Part shown: in pieces, positions 57,655 to 64,000 of the stretch
How positions within the stretch are numbered: position 1 is the stretch's first letter
Layout of the letters: each line of letters starts with the position of its first letter
Source: Octopus vulgaris
Lineage: Eukaryota
Direction of reading: 5' to 3'
DNA: 64,000 nt
Assembly: GCA_951406725.2 (NCBI GenBank)
Contig: OX597821.1
Coordinates: 96,038,001 to 96,102,000 of the forward strand
Program-made: the position numbers and the translations under genes
The notes under the pieces: model-generated
Told to the model about the DNA's origin: nothing
The model's database searches: none
What the model saw: the letters and a program-made list of their open reading frames with translations, nothing else

Positions 57655-58210
57655 GAGTGAGAGAGCAGTGCATGCGATCAAGTGACACTGGGGTAAAATA
57701 TACGAAGCCCAATATACCCATCATGACTACCCGTCTGATAAGGGTACACCAGGCACATGCATCACAACCATATGTGCGCGACATGGTGATCTCATATCAA
57801 GATAAACAGCACATGACCTTGCAGGTGGGGCCCAGTTAGAATTTTCTTCAGGTTGAGTAGCCCATCCCGCTCAAAAGGTCCCTGGATAAGGGTTGTTTAA
57901 GGATGTTGAAAGAACCACCCATGTTTCCAGAGGTGAATTATTCAAACCCCAAAGAATTCCTCTCAACACATGGCTATGATGCTCGCCCACTACTTCTGCT
58001 CGTGATCAGAGATGCACATATCGTCAGCCACTAAGGGACATGCTCAACTGGTTAAAGTCAAACAACTGACAAGCAAATCTGTGGTATTGAGCAGAATATT
58101 TGCTGTAGCCCATCTTTTATACCAAGACAAAACAATGTACATGATAACACTTCCAATCATTTAAGATCAGAAGCCATGAGAACCACTGCCTGGTACTGCA
58201 TCAGGGCATT
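57653..58210 (-). mobile_element. ~560-bp non-coding element inserted in (TAA)n; probable non-autonomous retroelement
   Basis: Flanked by (TTA)n on both sides. Its left end (tgagtgagagagcag...tgacactggggtaaaatatacgaa) recurs alone at 8594-8656, as expected for 5'-truncated copies. No convincing ORF. Confidence 0.55.
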
Positions 58211-58227
58211 TATTATTATTATCATCA

Positions 58228-58298
<71 letters not shown>

Positions 58299-58847
58299 GC
58301 TAGTGTTATTATTTCAGTGGTGGAGATGACGAAAAACAAAGACACAGAAACGGACATTTGTCATTGAATTATGAACTGTTTAACGATTACTAATTCAACT
58401 ATTGTTATTTTGGACGGACGGACAGACAGTTAAGAATTTAGGTTGACCAAAAAAATACTGACAGTGAAATGGCAAACATACAGTAAAAAAAAATGAACCA
58501 ATGTAATTCATATATGATGAGGCGACATATTCTTCATTGCTTATCACTTGTAAAAACTCATGATGTGCCACAAGAAAAGGAAAAAACCTCAGATCGATAT
58601 GTTGCTTATTACACAGAAATCGATAGCTACCAGACAGCAATACATTGTGGTTATTGGTTGTGGTTGCAGTTGTCGTTGTTGAAACGAAATTAATTTCTTT
58701 CCGTGGGAACCATGTAAAAAGGAGAATGAAGCATAAAGAAACGGTGTTGATCCAGACTTACAACCAGCAGCGTGAAGTGTGTTAATGATAGCCCTTCTCT
58801 CTGGAAACAACGAAACCTACAATATATTTTGCATTCTCTATTTCCGA

Positions 58848-59155
<308 letters not shown>

Positions 59156-59472
59156 GCGCGCAGATACGCATCTTGCTTGATTTAACAAACCTATGACCAA
59201 GAACAAGATTGGATAGTATCCCAGTTGGTTGCGCTTGGAAATCCAGCCGGAAAGTCTAATGACGGTTGCTTTTGATAGGACCCTTTCGAAGAGGTACCTG
59301 AGGACTCTGCTCTCATGACTCATGCACCTAGGAGTGCTTTGTTTTAAGACGATAGGAAGTTCGACTGCTCTTTCTAGTAAGAGGAACACTGCTCAGTGTT
59401 TGCATATTTATAATAAAGAGATTGAGAAAAGACAACATTGATATGGGGTGTTCTCTGGTGATAATAATAACG

Positions 59473-60932
<1,460 letters not shown>

Positions 60933-60959
60933 ATAATAATGATGATGATGATGATGATG

Positions 60960-61024
<65 letters not shown>

Positions 61025-61025
<1 letters not shown>

Positions 61026-61423
61026 GAAATATTAAAATTACTAAGTCTCTCTAAAAGAGATTACGGCAGCGTTACTGGAAATTAATTGTTATCGCCATAT
61101 TAATATGGCAGTCTTATAGATATAAGACTAAAAGCTGTCGCTGATTAGCTCCATGAGACCATCGCCTTAAGATAGCTATTTGACACACAAACTGTGTCCA
61201 TTATAACCTTCGAACAAGGGAGATCAGCCGCTTCACACTGCTAGTCAGACAGCTACAGACGCGTTTCAGGGTATTTGCCCTTTGTCAATGTAGCGTAGTC
61301 GACCCAGCAGGTGTCGCCACTGATCGTCAAATAGCTATCTTAAGGCGATGGCCTCATGGAGCTAATCAGCGACAGCTTTTAGTCTTATATCTATAAGATT
61401 GCCATATTAATATGGCGATAACA

Positions 61424-61429
<6 letters not shown>
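61025..61429 (-). mobile_element. Short fold-back element with ~104-bp inverted arms enclosing a hammerhead; Penelope-like (PLE) terminal fragment or retrozyme-like
   Basis: Arms 61081-61184 and 61326-61429 are near-perfect reverse complements; (TAA)n on both sides. A hammerhead plus an inverted terminal copy is the typical PLE insertion layout (established). No GIY-YIG or RT coding seen. Confidence 0.6.
61238..61310 (-). ncRNA. Type-I hammerhead ribozyme fold (U3:A8 core variant, palindromic stem III)
   Basis: Minus strand 61294->61252 reads GCUACA-UUGACAA-AGGG-CAAAUA-CCCU-GAAA-CGCG-UC-UGUAGC: stem I GCUACA/UGUAGC, stem II AGGG/CCCU, GAAA, ACGCGU palindrome, GUC cleavage triplet. Stem I extends through bulges (CUGCU..GUC.GAC / GUC.GAC..AGCAG). 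Confidence 0.8.
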
Positions 61430-61466
<37 letters not shown>

Positions 61467-61650
61467 GCAATGGCAAGAATGATCTATTGGGAGCGTTGTG
61501 GAAATCACGGCCAACAAAGAGTAAAGTCGTGGTATAAGCAAACTCCAGAAGGAGTCTCCGAAGATGAGAATTGCAAAATCCTGTGGGCTGCAATGACTCA
61601 GTTCGATCACATGACCAGACATCGGAAACCGGACATTCTAGGTTAAGCAG
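61467..61650 (+). mobile_element. R4/Dong-like LINE internal fragment
   Basis: MARMIYWERCG...WYKQTPEGVSEDENCKILW...RHRKPDIL directly after (TAA)n. Confidence 0.65.
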
Positions 61651-63019
61651 CAATTTCTACAAAACCAGCGCATACTAGAGACATACAAATGCTGCCATAC
61701 GCTCTCTATCTCCTAATACTGGATCTTTCACTTAACATGTGTCAGAGATATCTTCAGATATTTCAATATTTGATATGAAGGAAGTCTTTGTGGTCTTGGC
61801 CAGACCGTTGTATCTTGCACCAATTCATGACTAACAAGGCTGAACTATCTTTTACGCTTCCTGTAGAGGAGATGTACTCTACAGGTTAGTCGGTTCCTCT
61901 GCTATCAGTACCCTCTTGAAGACGGGTTGTGTATGTTCTGTCTTTTGATGCAGGACACTTCACGGCTCGGTCGAAGATGCTTACATGCAGTTTCAGATGA
62001 CATAATTTGCAAAAAATGGTCGGAGCGAAAGATAAGGACATGGAGGATTCTGATCTTATCTTGGCGCCGCATCACACTTTATTGTGAGTAGAGTTACAGA
62101 AATACAAGAATGACGATCAAGGACATTGACCAAAAGCTGAGCCTGGTTCAATGTCACCTTTGCATCGCAGTGCAGGCTAATTATCAGTACAAAAGTGACA
62201 AGAAGATATATGTAATAGAGAGTTCGGGATAAACTTATACGATCTAATTGGTAATTTCAAAACCATGCTAGATCTGTGCTCTTTGAGGACGCCGAGCAAA
62301 AGAATAAGTGCAGAGCATAAGATTAAGTGGTTACCACAATAGCAGTATAAGGACTCTTGCCCACGAAGAGCTGGAGAAGCGAATGACAAAGCACAGTGTG
62401 TTTTAAAGTTTTAGAGATGGCAGAATAGGTCAACTCATAACCGATCCTAGAAGCTTACGATAAGCAAGAGGGAATAGAAGAGCAAAACGTGCAAACTACT
62501 AGCAAAGAGAAAGAAAAAAATGACACTAGAAAAGGATGATGAACTACAAAAGAAGGTAACCATAAAGATGGAAGACCCCCACTACCCCTCATGGTAAGTT
62601 CATGGGGTTAACAGTTGGGATTAACAGTTGTACGGCTTCTCGAGTATAGGCTATTGATAAAATACTCACTTGAATGGTTTTCTCTACAAAATGAGATAAC
62701 TGGGTGCAGTTGTTAGGGTGCTGACGATTTAGCACGGCTGACTGGTTCTTCAAACTGCTTTGGCGACTGGAGGCAAACAGGCGCACACATACATACACAT
62801 ATATACATATATATACACACATGATGCAGAGATAAGAGAGAGAGTGAGAGAGAAAGAGAGAGATAGAGCGAGCGAGAGTGAGAGGGAGAGAGAAAGATTG
62901 CACATACATACTAACATATAACGCGATATTCACACGCATAAACAGAGAGTGAAAAAGAGTGAGAGAGAGAGAAAGAGAGATAGAGTAAGTGAGAGAGTGA
63001 GATATTAGAGAGAGAACGA

Positions 63020-63050
<31 letters not shown>

Positions 63051-63082
63051 AGCACGAGAGGAATATGAAAACAAGAGAAATA

Positions 63083-63279
63083 TCGGCTTCTACTTTTAGC
63101 ACGAGGCCAGCAATTTCGGCGTTGGGTGTAAGTCGATTACATTGACCTAAGTAATCAACTGACACTTATTTGATCGAACCCAAATGGATAAAAAGTCGGC
63201 CTCGGTGGAAACTGAACTCAGAACGGATGAAATGCCGCTAAGTGTTTTGTCTGGTGTGATTCTGCTAACTCGCCGCCTT
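63083..63279 (-). mobile_element. SINE family 1
   Basis: Family-1 motifs; followed by a family-2 tail at 63306-63370. Confidence 0.75.
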
Positions 63280-63367
63280 AAAAGGAGAGAAATATTAAAG
63301 TAACTGGCTAAAACAATGTGACGCGCATTGTGACCAGCGATGTGTTGCAACGGTCACGGTGATCACG

Positions 63368-63435
<68 letters not shown>

Positions 63436-64000
63436 AGGAGACAGAGAAAGAGAGAGAAATAAAGAGACGGAGAGAACGAGAGAAACACGAAAACGAGAGA
63501 CATGAAAACGTCTGATGTCAAACAAGCTAGCTTCAAATCAGCGATGCCAAAAATAGGCAACGCCAAAACGGCTGTGCCCAAACGTCTCATGCTCGTTTTA
63601 CTATATGACAGATGCTCTGTACGAGCACTTTGGAATTTTCGTGACTCAAAAGACCTCTGTATGTATCAGAACTCAATATTAAAAGAGGTAGAGGGAAGAT
63701 ATGTGGGTTGTTCTGATCCAACATAAGTGACCTAAAGTTTATAGTTATATCTTAATTATTTTGCATTTTCAGCAATATCCTATTTTCATGTAATTATTCT
63801 TCGTTACAAATTATTAAAATGTCCAACAGACACACACACGCGCGCGCGGGCGCAGATATACCTCTGTGTGTGCGTGCGTATGTGTGTTAGTGTGTGTGTT
63901 AGTGTGTGTGTGTGTGTGTGTTATGTTGCTTTTTTACTCCATTTTTATGTAATTTGCTTGTCTACCAAACATTTTTTGTAACTACCTATATACGTTTGTT

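Noticed and set aside
61660-62600. ~1 kb of moderately GC-rich sequence
   Set aside because: No sustained open frame or motif I can identify; possibly an old retroelement, left uncalled.

Overview
Eukaryotic, very AT-rich and microsatellite-dense DNA. The SINE/LINE repertoire and repeat style point to a coleoid cephalopod, most probably Octopus (inference from recalled repeat families, not a database result). The only confident host coding sequence is one large minus-strand exon (51422-52489) encoding S1-S6, pore and C-tail of a Shaw/Kv3-like voltage-gated K+ channel. It has an altered S6 gate (TIP instead of PVP) and an altered S4; its T1-domain exon was not found in the window. The rest is (TA)n/(TAA)n/(CA)n/(TATC)n/(TATG)n microsatellite, many tRNA-derived SINEs of at least three families, truncated R4/Dong-like, Tx1-like and RTE-like LINEs, a probable Helentron-associated element, and many fold-back elements. 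The most notable signal is a set of minimal type-I hammerhead-ribozyme folds carried by several unrelated short Penelope-like/retrozyme-like elements. One is near-perfect with a U3:A8 covariation and lies sense to the channel's presumed intron. A non-canonical core, CUG-U-N-GA plus one extra base, recurs in two different families. Nearly all other ORFs in the supplied track are microsatellite artefacts. Repeat boundaries were read by eye and are approximate.
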